Shown here: positions 25,974-37,474 of the stretch, piece after piece
Layout of the letters: each line of letters opens with the position of its first letter
Numbering within the stretch: position 1 is the first letter of the stretch
NCBI GenBank assembly: GCA_050575255.1
Contig: JBNZDD010013668.1
Coordinates: 2,822,847 to 2,886,846, forward strand
Length of the DNA: 64,000 bases
Direction: 5' to 3'
Origin: Harriotta raleighana
Taxonomy: Eukaryota
Program-made: the position numbers and the translations under genes
Notes under the pieces: generated by a model
The model's database searches: none
Told to the model about the DNA's origin: nothing
Seen by the model: only the letters and a program-made list of their open reading frames with translations

Positions 25974-26325
25974 GAGTCCTGTAGCTCAGGGGTTAGAATA
26001 CTCAACTCGTAAGCGAGAGACTGTGTTCAATTCTCTGGAGGGTAAAACATTGGGCAAATTTACTTACTCCACATGCCTCTGTATCCTAGCAGTAAGTAAG
26101 AACCCGGTTGTTAGTTGATCAGTGGATCACTTTACCAGGGGTAATAATTCTTTCAAAAAAAGTGACACTCAATCCACGACTGTTTGTGGGACACTATTGT
26201 GTGCAATTGGCTGCAGCGTCTCGTCCACAAATTATAGTCAATTTACTTTACAGTATATTCTGTGAAGCTCTTTGAGATGTCTCGAAGACGTAATAAGGTA
26301 CTCTACCAAATGCAAGGATTATTAT
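25974..26325 (+). mobile_element. tRNA-SINE, long subfamily
   Basis: Head, then CTCCACATGCCTCTGTATCCTAGCAGTAAGTAAGAACCCGGTTGTTAGTTGATC, then body and tail. Confidence 0.8.
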
Positions 26326-26340
26326 AAGGATTACTATTAT

Positions 26341-27012
26341 ATAATAATGCTTGCATTTGATATAGTGCTTTTCACATCTTATCGACGACACAAAGCAGTA
26401 TATTTCACAGAATATACTGTGAAGTGAATTGACTATATTTGTGAGCGAAAAGCGGCAGCCAATTGCGCACAACAGCGTCCCACAAACAGTCATGGATTGA
26501 AATGACCAATTTTATTATTGTGGTTTCTTGGAGGGATTATTTACAGTAAAAGTCCTTTAATCCAGCACTTGATAATCCGGAAAGCCTTATAGTCTGGCAT
26601 CTGCAAAGGTCCGTTTTTTTTGCAATCTGCACATCTCTATGCGCATCTCTTCCCAGAGATCCTTCACACTACCCGGTGCATTTTCCTCAGAAGCCCATCA
26701 CTGACGTCACGTTTAATAAGTGCGCATGCGCGCTTTAATTTTTTTGAAATTAACTTTCGGCAGGTGCGACCGCTGGGGTCGCTATGCAGGTATGTAACAT
26801 AGATAAGAGCACAGCACACTCAAATCCTCCCATCCCTAAGAGTAATGTCCAATAATACAACATATCCGCTAATCCCGACCGTGCCGGATTATCTGATTTT
26901 TACTGTATTTGACATGTGGAGTAAGGAAACTTGCCCAAGGTTTCTCCCTGATCTACCTGGATTCGAACACAGGTCTCACGCTTGTAAGGCGAGTGCTTTA
27001 ACCACTGAGCTC
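26341..27012 (-). mobile_element. tRNA-SINE (short form) interrupted by a MITE at 26544-26905
   Basis: GGAGGGATTATT|...|TTTGACATGTGGAGTAAGG is continuous with the consensus once the insert is removed. Confidence 0.85.
26544..26905. mobile_element. Tigger/pogo-type MITE (362 bp)
   Basis: TA TSD (26542-43 / 26906-07). TIR CAGTAAAAGTCCTTTAATCCAGCAC versus reverse complement CAGTAAAAATCAGATAATCCGGCAC (20/25). Confidence 0.85.
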
Positions 27013-29099
27013 CATACATGTGGAAGTTAATCCTTTGTCTGTGGATGATACCACGAGGGAATATTTAGAATGAGAAAGAGGAGGATCCCAACAATAGAGT
27101 CTCAAGGTTTTCCCCAGGTGAACAAAAGGGGGCGAAATTTAGGCGTGATCGAAAGCACAGTTGAAGATTTTAGGAAATTGACTCAGGACACCTTTAATCC
27201 TGTGGGAGGACAATTTTTTTTTAACTTGAGCAAGCGTATATAGTGGTTGACTTTAAGAATGAAAAATACCTACATTTGTTACAGCTCCTTGGACGTCAGG
27301 AGGATATCGCAAAGCACTTCATTTTTTTTACTGCAATTGAATTTGAGTACAAACTCAGCAGCCAGTTTACACAAGGCAATATCCAATAAGCAGCCATGAT
27401 GCGAAGGACAATTTTGTTGATTATTGGCCAGGTACAAGAGGAGAGACACAAGACTGCTAAGCACTGTTGGCAACGGAACAACAAAACATATTACATGTCA
27501 GGCTAGCTCGTTGGTAGGATTTGGAGGAAAAGGTGGGAGAGAGTGCATACTCCATTACAGACAAAATGTTCATGCATTGGAAGCATGTATATATGAGCAG
27601 TATCTATGTGGTTTGGATATTCCTAGGCATGATGATGGGCTTATGTGCAGATCAAACACTTGATGAACCCATCCCACTACCCCCCCACTCCCCTATTGCG
27701 GATATGGGAGAAAACCTTTTGTTTCTCCATTTCTCACAAATCCATTAATAAAGCAGAATTTTCCACTGTTCAGTACAATTATCATGGCATCACATCATCC
27801 TATACACGGTGCTTTGGGCACAGGAAGAGAATAACATATGGTTAACATCTAAAATTCAAAATCATTGCAGCTGCTCAACTGCACGTTCCTGTAGCTCTTC
27901 GGAGAAAAAAATATGAATGGAGCAGTTTTTTATATAAGAAATTTTAGCTGATCAGAATGGTTTAAATGAAAGGCATATGTATACAAATGTACAGTGAACT
28001 CCTGACAATAAGACTCTGTCTTATATCATCATGTTATCAATATTCTGGCTATTTCCTCTGCAAAATGAGAATAACAGACCCTATCTCTTTATTTAATTAC
28101 ACTGCTTATAATGCAAAGTTACATTCTGTGCAACCCAGTGAGTAATATCGGATATATCATCAGAACAAACTTGATCGTCTCTAAACCAGGCCCATGCTGG
28201 GACTGTTCAGCACTCACCAAACTCGTGGGATAAAACTATCCTTAGTCAGACATGTGCTCAGCTATTTTAACTGTTTTGGCAAGATCTTTGAGTAGAAATT
28301 TTAGACCTTGCCTTCTGTGAGGTTATGCCTGATTGTTAAAGTCTCAGTGATTCAGGTTGCTAAAATGAGCAAAATGAACAAAAGCATTTGTAGGACAGAT
28401 GAGTGATTTCTGATTGCTATCTTTTGGCATGTTGAAAATGCCTACAGGGATTTTGTTGATTACAAATTGTTTATTACATAAAGATGTTTGATGTTCACAG
28501 ATAAACTAGTGGTACTATTCTTTGTTCTTTAATACACATCTCCTGAGAAATACACGGTTTCCAATACAGTAACAGGGATAAGTAATAGGAATCAGATAAT
28601 AAGCTAATTTATGTACACTCATTGCTATACATAAGCTTACACTCTACTTAAATGAGTTTCAACAAAGAAACTGACTGTTCTAGAGCAGGGGCTACTCTGT
28701 CATGCTGACCTTTCATGCAAAATTATACAGTATTTGTATAGCTCCTTTCCTGTCGGGAGGCCATGCCAAGGCAGGTTTCTTTTTGAAAATATATATTTAT
28801 TTATAATTAAATTTGGTATAAGAGCAATCCCAAACAAACTAAACTATCATCATTTCCATTTTTCTGATACAAAATCCATTCAGTTGTTTATGGTAAGTTT
28901 CCTCTCCGTACACAGGTTGTGCACACATATATTCAGGGCCGCTTCTTTTAAAACAAACAGGAGTCGCCCCTGTGTGCACCACATCCGTGTGAGCGCCCAC
29001 GCACACCCTGATAAACTCACTTGCTGCTTTCAGAAGGCGTCCTGATGTGCACCTTACACGCTCAAGTTTACTGTACATACATTTTCAGGACGCTCTTTG

Positions 29100-30150
29100 G
29101 TTACATGTCGATTGTCCTTCTACACTATAATGTTTATTTCAGTCCATTTTGGGTGCGTTTGTGGGCTACCTGAGCGGTTTGCGTAGGAGCATCTCAGTAC
29201 ATAGTCCCTAACCCCAGTGTGCAAGGGCCTGAGACAAGTTCTCACCGTCCCCTTGTTCTGCCAGAATAACACCTGGTTTTAGGAATACCAAAGGGCCTCT
29301 TTTACTGAGTTTATGATCCTCCAGGCAAACTCGATTTGGATTTCTCTGTGAGCGCCCAGGAAGAAGCAGTACAGCACTGAGTGCCATGACTGGCCCAGAC
29401 TACCCTTTTGCATGATAACCCACAATAATAAAATTGGTCATTTCAATCCACGACTGTGTGTGGGACACGGCTGTGCACAATTGACTGCCACGTTTCACCC
29501 ACAAATAAATGGTCAATTCACTTTACAGTATATTCTGTGAAGCACTTTGAGATGTTTAGAAGACCAAATTCAAGGATGATTATTATTATTATAAAGCCCT
29601 GAGGGGGAGGGCCCCTTTAATCGCCAGCCAGGCCATGTCCTGATGGTTGTTGGTCAGGACTGGTGTTGGGGTGTTGCTGGCTGTCGCCACAGGATACCTC
29701 CCAATCGGGTCTACCCTCACCCTCTTTCAAACCGTTTTGACTCCCTGTCGCGTGGATCACTTGGTGAGTGCGTGGGGGTCTGGAATAATGTTCTTCAGGA
29801 ATCTCTCTATACAGGACATGCTCCAACTGTGTGGAACATTTCGAGGCAGCATGTAGTGGCATTTGTTGCTGTGTAGTGGGGCTCCAGCCACAAGGCAGCC
29901 ACACACATAGGGGGCCATGAAGTTCAGGACTAGGTTGAGGACTCCTTTCCCCCTGTTTTCCAATGCATCGTATCCGTGTGGACACAATCCATATTGGTCC
30001 CCAGATCAGTTGGAAAACCTCTCTGGTAACTCCAGTGGCATTGTTCTTGGTCAAAGGCCAGACCTGGGCCACGTACAGTAACACTGAAAGGACCAGGTTT
30101 TTTCCAGTGATGGCTAATAATCATCTCTCTTTCCTTTTCTAGATTCACCC
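29100..30150 (-). mobile_element. Tx1/L1-clade LINE, decayed ORF2 3' region, split by a SINE fragment at 29415-29592
   Basis: LLYVAQVWP...VTREVFQLIWG..MDCVHTDTM...GG.GVLNLVLNFMA and WRIINSVKEALW, which are Tx1-type post-RT motifs. Confidence 0.75.
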
Positions 30151-33100
30151 TGACCTCTGCTTTCTCATACATTCATTAATTGAACATTCCATTCCATTTA
30201 AGCCTAATAAGTAGATTGAGTTTGGATTAAGAAAGGCTTAATAACGAAGAACTGTCTTGATTATGGATAATTTAACCCATGGCTTTTCATTTGGAAGCCC
30301 ACAAATCTTCAGCACATTTTAAAATTGCAACATGGACTTTCCTTATTTCTAATTCAAATTTACCAAAGGTCTTAAAAGCTGGAATGCTAACTTACTTTTT
30401 AACACAACATTAGGCAATTCATGATCAATTAATTTTAACTGCAAATAGAAATAAAGTCTGAAGGTACATTTAAAAATAATAAGAACCTTTCCAACCTACA
30501 GTCTTGTTACTCTAATGAAATGTGTGTGGCAAGGTTTAAATGTAGGTTTAAATGCTACATAATAGGGGCAAATGAAATAGTTAGCCTATCCAGCACAGGG
30601 CAGATATTGCTCAGTGCATCCTGTTTCTCCAATCATCTGTTTCTGGAATATTTTATGAAAGTCAATTTTTGTTTACATTAATTATATTTCCTTTGTTGTC
30701 TTTATATCGTTATACTGTAAATCTATATTGTCAACCACAAACTTCCTTCTTTGGGTTTAGCACTCTGTGCTAACAAAGCTCTTTTCATACCCTATAAACT
30801 CAATTTTTATGATAAATATACATGCATTCATCTTGTGCTCCATGGTTATGAATTCATACTCTGATTCATTTTTGTAACATTGCACAATTTATCCTATTGA
30901 TACCTAAATACAGCACACTAAATACAACACTGTTTTAGTTCAATAAACCCACAAAATATTCTGAAGTTTAAATTCATCATAATTTAAGTTAGATTGTAAT
31001 TAAATGTGACTTTGCATTTTATTTGTAGGTGTGCAATGCACAAAAATGATATAGAGGCAGAGGATGCTGTGGCAGTGTGCTGAATCCTAGGATGTAACTT
31101 CATGTCCCACAGGACAAGCTCTCAATCTGTCATGTCATTACAGGAAGATGTTGAGTGGATAACAAATATTTGCGCACAAATAGGAAACAAGGGATAATTC
31201 AAGGCTGAGTTAATCCAGGCTTCTCTTACATGAACATGTTAAGAGCATTATTAGCAGAAGTCTAGAAACAGACTGTCCACTTGTGGGTCAGAGATAATAC
31301 ACAAGTTAGGAAGACATCTGGAGGCAACGGAAAATTTATAACCAAGAGCAATTCATGGAAGGAAACAAAGATACTGTACCCATTAAATAATTCGTATATA
31401 AGAACATCATCCTTGGAAAACATACACATATATTTTGGAAACTATCTTTACAAGAAGATTTGACTCTGCAGAACAAGATTAAGTTGTCATACCAATTACC
31501 ATACCCCAAGGTATTGAATATATTTAAGAAAATTAGCCCAAGCTAATTACTGTATTAAACACGGCTACTTTTTGAGTTGCTGAGTTACACCATTTACAAC
31601 TGAAATCTCATAGGCATTAGGCAGATCTACCAATGGAGAGCCTCACCAGATGTACTGTAATTAGATTGCTTGTTGACAAGTGTTACAATCTGCATTTTAA
31701 GACATCTGTATTATTTGTAACTGAAACCAAACCTAATTTGTTCAACATGATAAAAAGGATCAGTCATCCTACCATAGATGACACTTGGTCAACAGTGTAA
31801 AATTGTTATTTTCAAGGCTGCTACTTTCAAATGTAAACTTTTCTGTAATTTCTAAAATCTGATGTTTGTCATAGTTCACTATCATTGTATGTATTTTTTT
31901 CCTTAGACATCAATAACCCAAAGTCAACTATTGATATAAATTGTTTTTGAAATACTGCAGTAGTTTATTCTAATTTCCTGCGCTCTCCCCATATCCCTTA
32001 ATACCCTGACCTACCAAAAATCTACCTATCTCATTCTTAAAGGTGTGGTTGGATCCAAACAACTTGAATAAACACATATGATAAAATTGGTAATTAGAAG
32101 CCCTCTGATTCATCCAGTTTCTTTTGCCATCATTGCAAATGAAACATGAAGAGTTCCTTCCAGTTGAGCCATGTAGATGTCTCACCCATCCCTTCACAGT
32201 GCATTAGAAGATTATGTAAAATGATAGAAGAGATTACCCTGAATCTCATGGCATGGTTACGTCATAGATTTCTTTGTCTTCATCTTCCCAAGATCACCCG
32301 TTTTTAAAGTAAATTTATGCTTTTTTTTAGCAACTATTATTTGTTACATTATGCCTCATTGTATTAAAATAAAGTAGGCATTAGCAGATTTTAATCTATC
32401 ACGCTAACGTGACAGTATTAATGCAAATACACTCCAAACTATACACAAAGAGAGTCTTCTCAGTATTAAAAGCACCGTTCCATCCCAGTTTCTCTTCTTT
32501 CCCTTCTCATCAAAGGACCAGAGGTAATTGTGGTGCAGTCAGATATTTTTCTGGAATTTACATGAGTTCAACAAAACTTTTTAAGACCATTTAATGCTAT
32601 AAATGAATAAATCAGTATGTTCAGTTCAAAGTCCCCTCCAATTAAATGCCCCGGTACATCCTCCTGACGAGAAAGTCGCTATACAAATGCAATTTTGTTG
32701 TTGTTGTAAGTACAGTTGTTAACCAGACATTTGTCTCACACAAAATCAATGACACGTTTTACAGATCTAATTCTATAATTCTATGATTCTATGATCTCAT
32801 ACTTAACAGTTACAGAAGCAATTTCTGTATAAAAGTAAAGTTGACGTCACATTCTTACCAAACAATCTCTATACTTCTATCAACAAAACTTGAAACGAGA
32901 GGTACTGTATAGTGATTCTGGATATTTTCCTGTCCTGTGAAACGAAAACTCAATTGTAAATTTTCAGCAGAATCCAGTAATCTATTGACTTGAGATTCCA
33001 ATAATTTCACTGCCCTCCTTTTTCATGTACTTTAAACAATTTTGTTTCCAGAAATTTGCAACTGGTCATCTTCAACTTTATTAAATCCATATTTTTTATA

Positions 33101-33184
33101 ATGTAGTGTACATACAAATTCAAATCAAACAGACTACTTCAACATCAGTTTAATCACACATGAAAACAAGAACCCTGCTCTACT

Positions 33185-33325
33185 TTTTGAGTTCTGACGA
33201 AGGGTTGTGGACCCGAAACGTTACTTTTACTTTCTCCATAGATGCTGCCTGACCTGCTGAGTGTTCCAAGTGTTTTCTATTTTTGTTTCAGATTTTCAGC
33301 ATCTCCAGTATTTTGTATTTTTTGT
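33185..33325 (+). mobile_element. Penelope-like element terminal-repeat remnant with hammerhead ribozyme core
   Basis: GAGTT-CTGACGA-A-GGGT TGTGG ACCC-GAAAC-GTTA, followed by GATGCTGCCTGACCTGCTGAGT...TTTTTGTTTCAGATTTTCAGCATCT, a motif typical of chondrichthyan Penelope-like repeats. Confidence 0.7.
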
Positions 33326-34302
33326 TCTACTTTTTCCTATTTGTATTGTAATGAAATGCAGAATTAAAGAATGTAAAATGAGGACTAACTGTACAAAAAT
33401 ACTAGAAATTCAATGTGTTCAGTGAAGAACCACTGAAACATATTCCCGAAGAAATCCTTGAATATAAAGCAGAATAAAGCAGATTTACAATGCAACATTT
33501 TTTAATCTAGATGAATAAAAATCTTGACTGTAAAAAATTTCAAGATTAAACATTGTTTGATTTTCTCCTTCTGAACCTCTCTAAGATCAACTGCATGTTA
33601 ACTGCAGAGACCGATTACATCAGCACAGACCAAAATCTATGCATCGAATATACCAGTGCTTCACAAGGCAATATATTTACCCATTTGTTCATTTAAAAAG
33701 CTTAAAGCTCCATTTTCAAAGGCAATTTATCATTTCCTTTTCAGCAATCATCAACTGAATCTAAAAACATTGAATCACAAAATACATGTAGGAATCTATA
33801 AGGTTCAATCTGTGAAAACAAATATTTGCCTCATGATCCATGATATTTGGAGCAATAAGTATTTGCTGGTTTCTCTAAAAATATATTTTTATACTGTACT
33901 TTTCCCTTTTAAGGAAATTCCTGTGCATTTTTTGATATTTCATTAAAGTTGATTCTGTAAGTCATTATTTTAAGAAGTTATTCAATTCTTAAGAAGGCTT
34001 TTACATTTTTATTCTTTTTTATTGCTATTTTGTGATCATCATTAGATGTACAGGAGCACTGAATCGAATTCCCTATGGATACCCACAATGAATTAATGTT
34101 CTTATTGTCACGAATAAGAAAGAATAGCCATCGGCACAAATAAAACATTATTAAAGAGTCAACATTGCGTCCCTTACTTAGAAAAATAGAAAACGTAATA
34201 GAATTTGGTGAAATAAATAAGATGTATTTTGTCTCATCAACGCCATCCTCATCACCCCCTTAGGCTTTGGGGAGAAGCTACTGGAGGCTATCAGATAGTT
34301 AT

Positions 34303-34460
34303 TATAATAATAGTAATCCTTGCATTTGATATAGTGCTTTTCACGTCTTCACAGATTATACTGTGAAGTGAACTGACTATATTTTGTGGGCGAACTGCGG
34401 CAGTTTATGGAACACAGCAGTGTTCCATAAACAGTCGTACATTTAAATGATCAATTTTTG
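34303..34460 (-). mobile_element. tRNA-SINE 3' half
   Basis: Reverse complement of the SINE body and tail. Confidence 0.75.
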
Positions 34461-34712
34461 TTTAGAGCCTATTATGAATAGTATTTATATACATAAATAT
34501 TATTATAAATAATACATACAAGTATATCAATTAAAGAGTAAATAGAATTATATTCAGTGTGCTATGTCATGCGGTTCTCCTCAGAGAATCAAGCACAAAC
34601 CCCGTGTTCTCACTTTCAAAGCCCTCCATGGTCTTGCTCACCCCAACACTCCAACCTCCCAACCCCATATCAACCTATCCACTCCCTCTGCTCAGCGGGC
34701 ACCGGCTTCATG

Positions 34713-35485
34713 GTAACATAGGAATAGGAGTAGGCCATTCAGCCCTTCAAGCCTATTCTGCCATTTAATTGTGGCTTGTGGAGCTCCTGTGGCTTAGTGG
34801 TTAGAGCACTCGCCTTACAAGCATGAGACCTGTGTTCGAATCCAGGCAGATCAGGGCGAAACCTTGGGCAAGTTTCCTTACTCCACATGCCTAATAATAA
34901 TAGCTCCAAAAAAACCACAATAATAAAAAAATTGGTCATTTCAATCTATGACTATTTGTGGGACACTGCTGTGTGCAATTGGCTGCCGCATTCCGCCCAC
35001 AAATATACAGTCAATTCACTTTACAGTATATTCTGTGAAGCGCTTTGGGACGTCGATAAGATGTGAAAAGCGCTATATCAAATGCAAGGATTATTATTAT
35101 TATTAATTAGATCATGACTAATCTGTATCTCTACTAATCCTTTCAATTAAAATTCCTCACTTTCTCCCCGTATCCCTTAATACCTGACCTGCCAAAAATT
35201 TATCAACCTGGCTCTTGAAAATCCAGAATGCATGACCTTTTTGGGGGAGAGAATTACAGATTTCTACTACCCTTTGAGTGAAAGAATGCTTCCTGATTTC
35301 ACTCTTAAACAGTCTGGTTCTAATTTTAAGACTATGTCCCTTTGTTTTGGATTCCCACCAGAGGAAATAGTTTCTCTCTATCTACCCTATCAAATCTCTT
35401 TATCATCCTAAAAAACCTCTATCAAATCACCCTTCAATCTTCTAAATTCAATGGAATACAATCCAAGTTTACGCAGTCTTTCCTT
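34713..35485 (-). mobile_element. CR1 LINE 3' end interrupted by a young SINE
   Basis: AACATAGGAATAGGAGTAGGCCATTCAGCCC terminus, resuming at TTAGATCATGACTAATCTG after the SINE. Reverse-complement homologous to 39860-40272. Confidence 0.85.
34777..35104 (+). mobile_element. Full-length tRNA-SINE, short/young subfamily
   Basis: Complete head, body and tail; diagnostic GGGACGTCGATAAGATGTG. Confidence 0.92.
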
Positions 35486-35504
35486 GTTACTTTTGTGACT
35501 CCTT

Positions 35505-35770
35505 CAGGTACCTGCTCTTCCCATTCCACCACTGGTGATCGGGCATTCAGCATTTATATCCCCACACTCTGGAACTCTATCCCGCAATCCCTCCGCTTCA
35601 CCCGCTCTCTTGCTTCCTTTAAGCCCCATCTAAAAACCTTCCTCTTTAACCATGCCTCCATCCCTCATGATCCCACTCCCAGCTCAGGTCCAAAAACTCC
35701 TGACTGTCAAGCATCCTGGTATGTCTTTCCGATGTGAAGGGCGCTATACAAGTGTAATTTGTTGTTGTTT
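35505..35770 (+). mobile_element. L2 LINE 3' end
   Basis: GDRAFSIYIPTLWNSIPQSLR...FKPHLKTFLF followed by the tail. Confidence 0.8.
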
Positions 35771-35799
35771 TGCTTTCTCTTCCTGTATCCCAATGGTGT

Positions 35800-37100
35800 G
35801 CTTCATAGTGTACATTCCAACTGCCAACACGAGTCTTGTTTTGGGGGGTGCAGCAGATTACTCTACAATACCTACTTGTGCAAGAGGGATGGTAAGTAGT
35901 GTGCGTTGTGTGGACCGTGCAAGAGGACTGACAGAGAGGAGTCTGACCTTCCATGTTGTCACATGGCCCCATGCATCCATGGCTTCCTCAGTGGATTGAC
36001 ATGTCGTCTGTGGTTGAATTGATTTCATTCTGGCAACATTAGGCAGATCTTGGCAGCTTTTCTGGCACTATCCTGATGCAGCTGCTCGGAAAGTACCTCA
36101 AATACTTCTAGCAGCTGCTTGGTTGTATCTTTTCTCACCTCCAATCTTTGGGCAGTGGAACTGGAATTATACTCAGCTGATCAGCAGGAGTAAGAGGGTT
36201 TCATACACTGAAGAGAAAACTGACTGCCTTTGGTTGCTTAAATCATTCTGCTGCTCCACTAGTCGAGTTGCCAGCTGCTCCACTGAATAGATTGCTAGTG
36301 CCATCTGTACATTTCTCAGCAACATCTGGACTGTGAGACTGGTAGGCAGTCAGCCCTTACCTTGGTGTGCAACATACAAGCTCTGCGAACCAGTGCTAAT
36401 GACTTTGCCAGGAGTCTTCATAGGCTGTTTGGTGGCGGAATAGTTTTCAATTACATTGGTTCACTGAAATGTTTTTACTTCTGATGGCTTAAAGTTTGTT
36501 GTAAATTTCTATTAGTGTCATAAGTGCAAGGTCACCTCTAAGGAACATATGTTTCAGACATTGGTCAATTGTGCCTCACATGCTTTTTATGGAAGACTGT
36601 TGATGATGCACTTCAATTTCCAATTGAATGTTGAACTCCTTCAATACAATTAGATGCTATGTGCTATGGATGTTATTATTTTGTCAACTTATGCACCTAC
36701 GCATGGAAATTTCACTGAGTCTAGAATGGAATGTACACTCTCTGCCCAGAAGAATGAATCTGCTTATCTCATTCCGGAAAGTATGAGGTGCAGATCAGCA
36801 AGAACCTTGAGAACCTCAGGGTGTGCATTCGGCTACTGCGAAAAAAAATATTGTACTTGCTACAGTGAACACTGTCTGGCAAGTTCTTCACTGCTTGCCT
36901 AGCTAAGACCACCCAACCAGTTAGTCCTTTGGCTTGCAAGGTTAACAGGAGCTGAGTGGGAAGAATGTTTATTCACTGAAATCAGCATTAATATACCCCT
37001 GTCACGTTCCTGAGGCTAAAAATCAGTTTATTGTGGTTGCTGATGGCCACATCATGGGCAGTTCTGGAACTTCTGATTAGCTGTTCTTTAGCAGCTCAAT
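35800..37100 (-). mobile_element. Highly decayed element, possibly the 5' part of an I/Nimb-type LINE (structured UTR + gag-like remnant)
   Basis: 36693-36990 is homologous to 44836-45140. Cys/His-spaced remnants on the minus strand at 35960-36130 are weak, by-eye evidence only. Confidence 0.35.
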
Positions 37101-37474
37101 TTTTGCCCTTTCAGTGACTATTATTTCACTCTTTTAACTTAAAAATCCTGTAACTCTATCGGTGTAAATCCATCAGAGTTTTGGACCCAATTTCCCTCAG
37201 CATTTGGTTTTGCAAAGCAGCTTAACAGTAAACCTGAGCTAGCCGGCAAATGTTTATCAAAGTTTAATACAAACATAAAGTTATAACTGATCTTAATACT
37301 ACAGGCAACATGCCCATCATCTAGTTTTAAACACAAAATCATTATGCTGCCATTTGGAAGATAGTTTAAAGGATATATGATAAGAAAAATTACATAGAAA
37401 TACATTAGTGGAAACAATGTGAATGACTACAACAATCCATAAGACTATACATCTAAATTTGCAGGTTTGTAATA

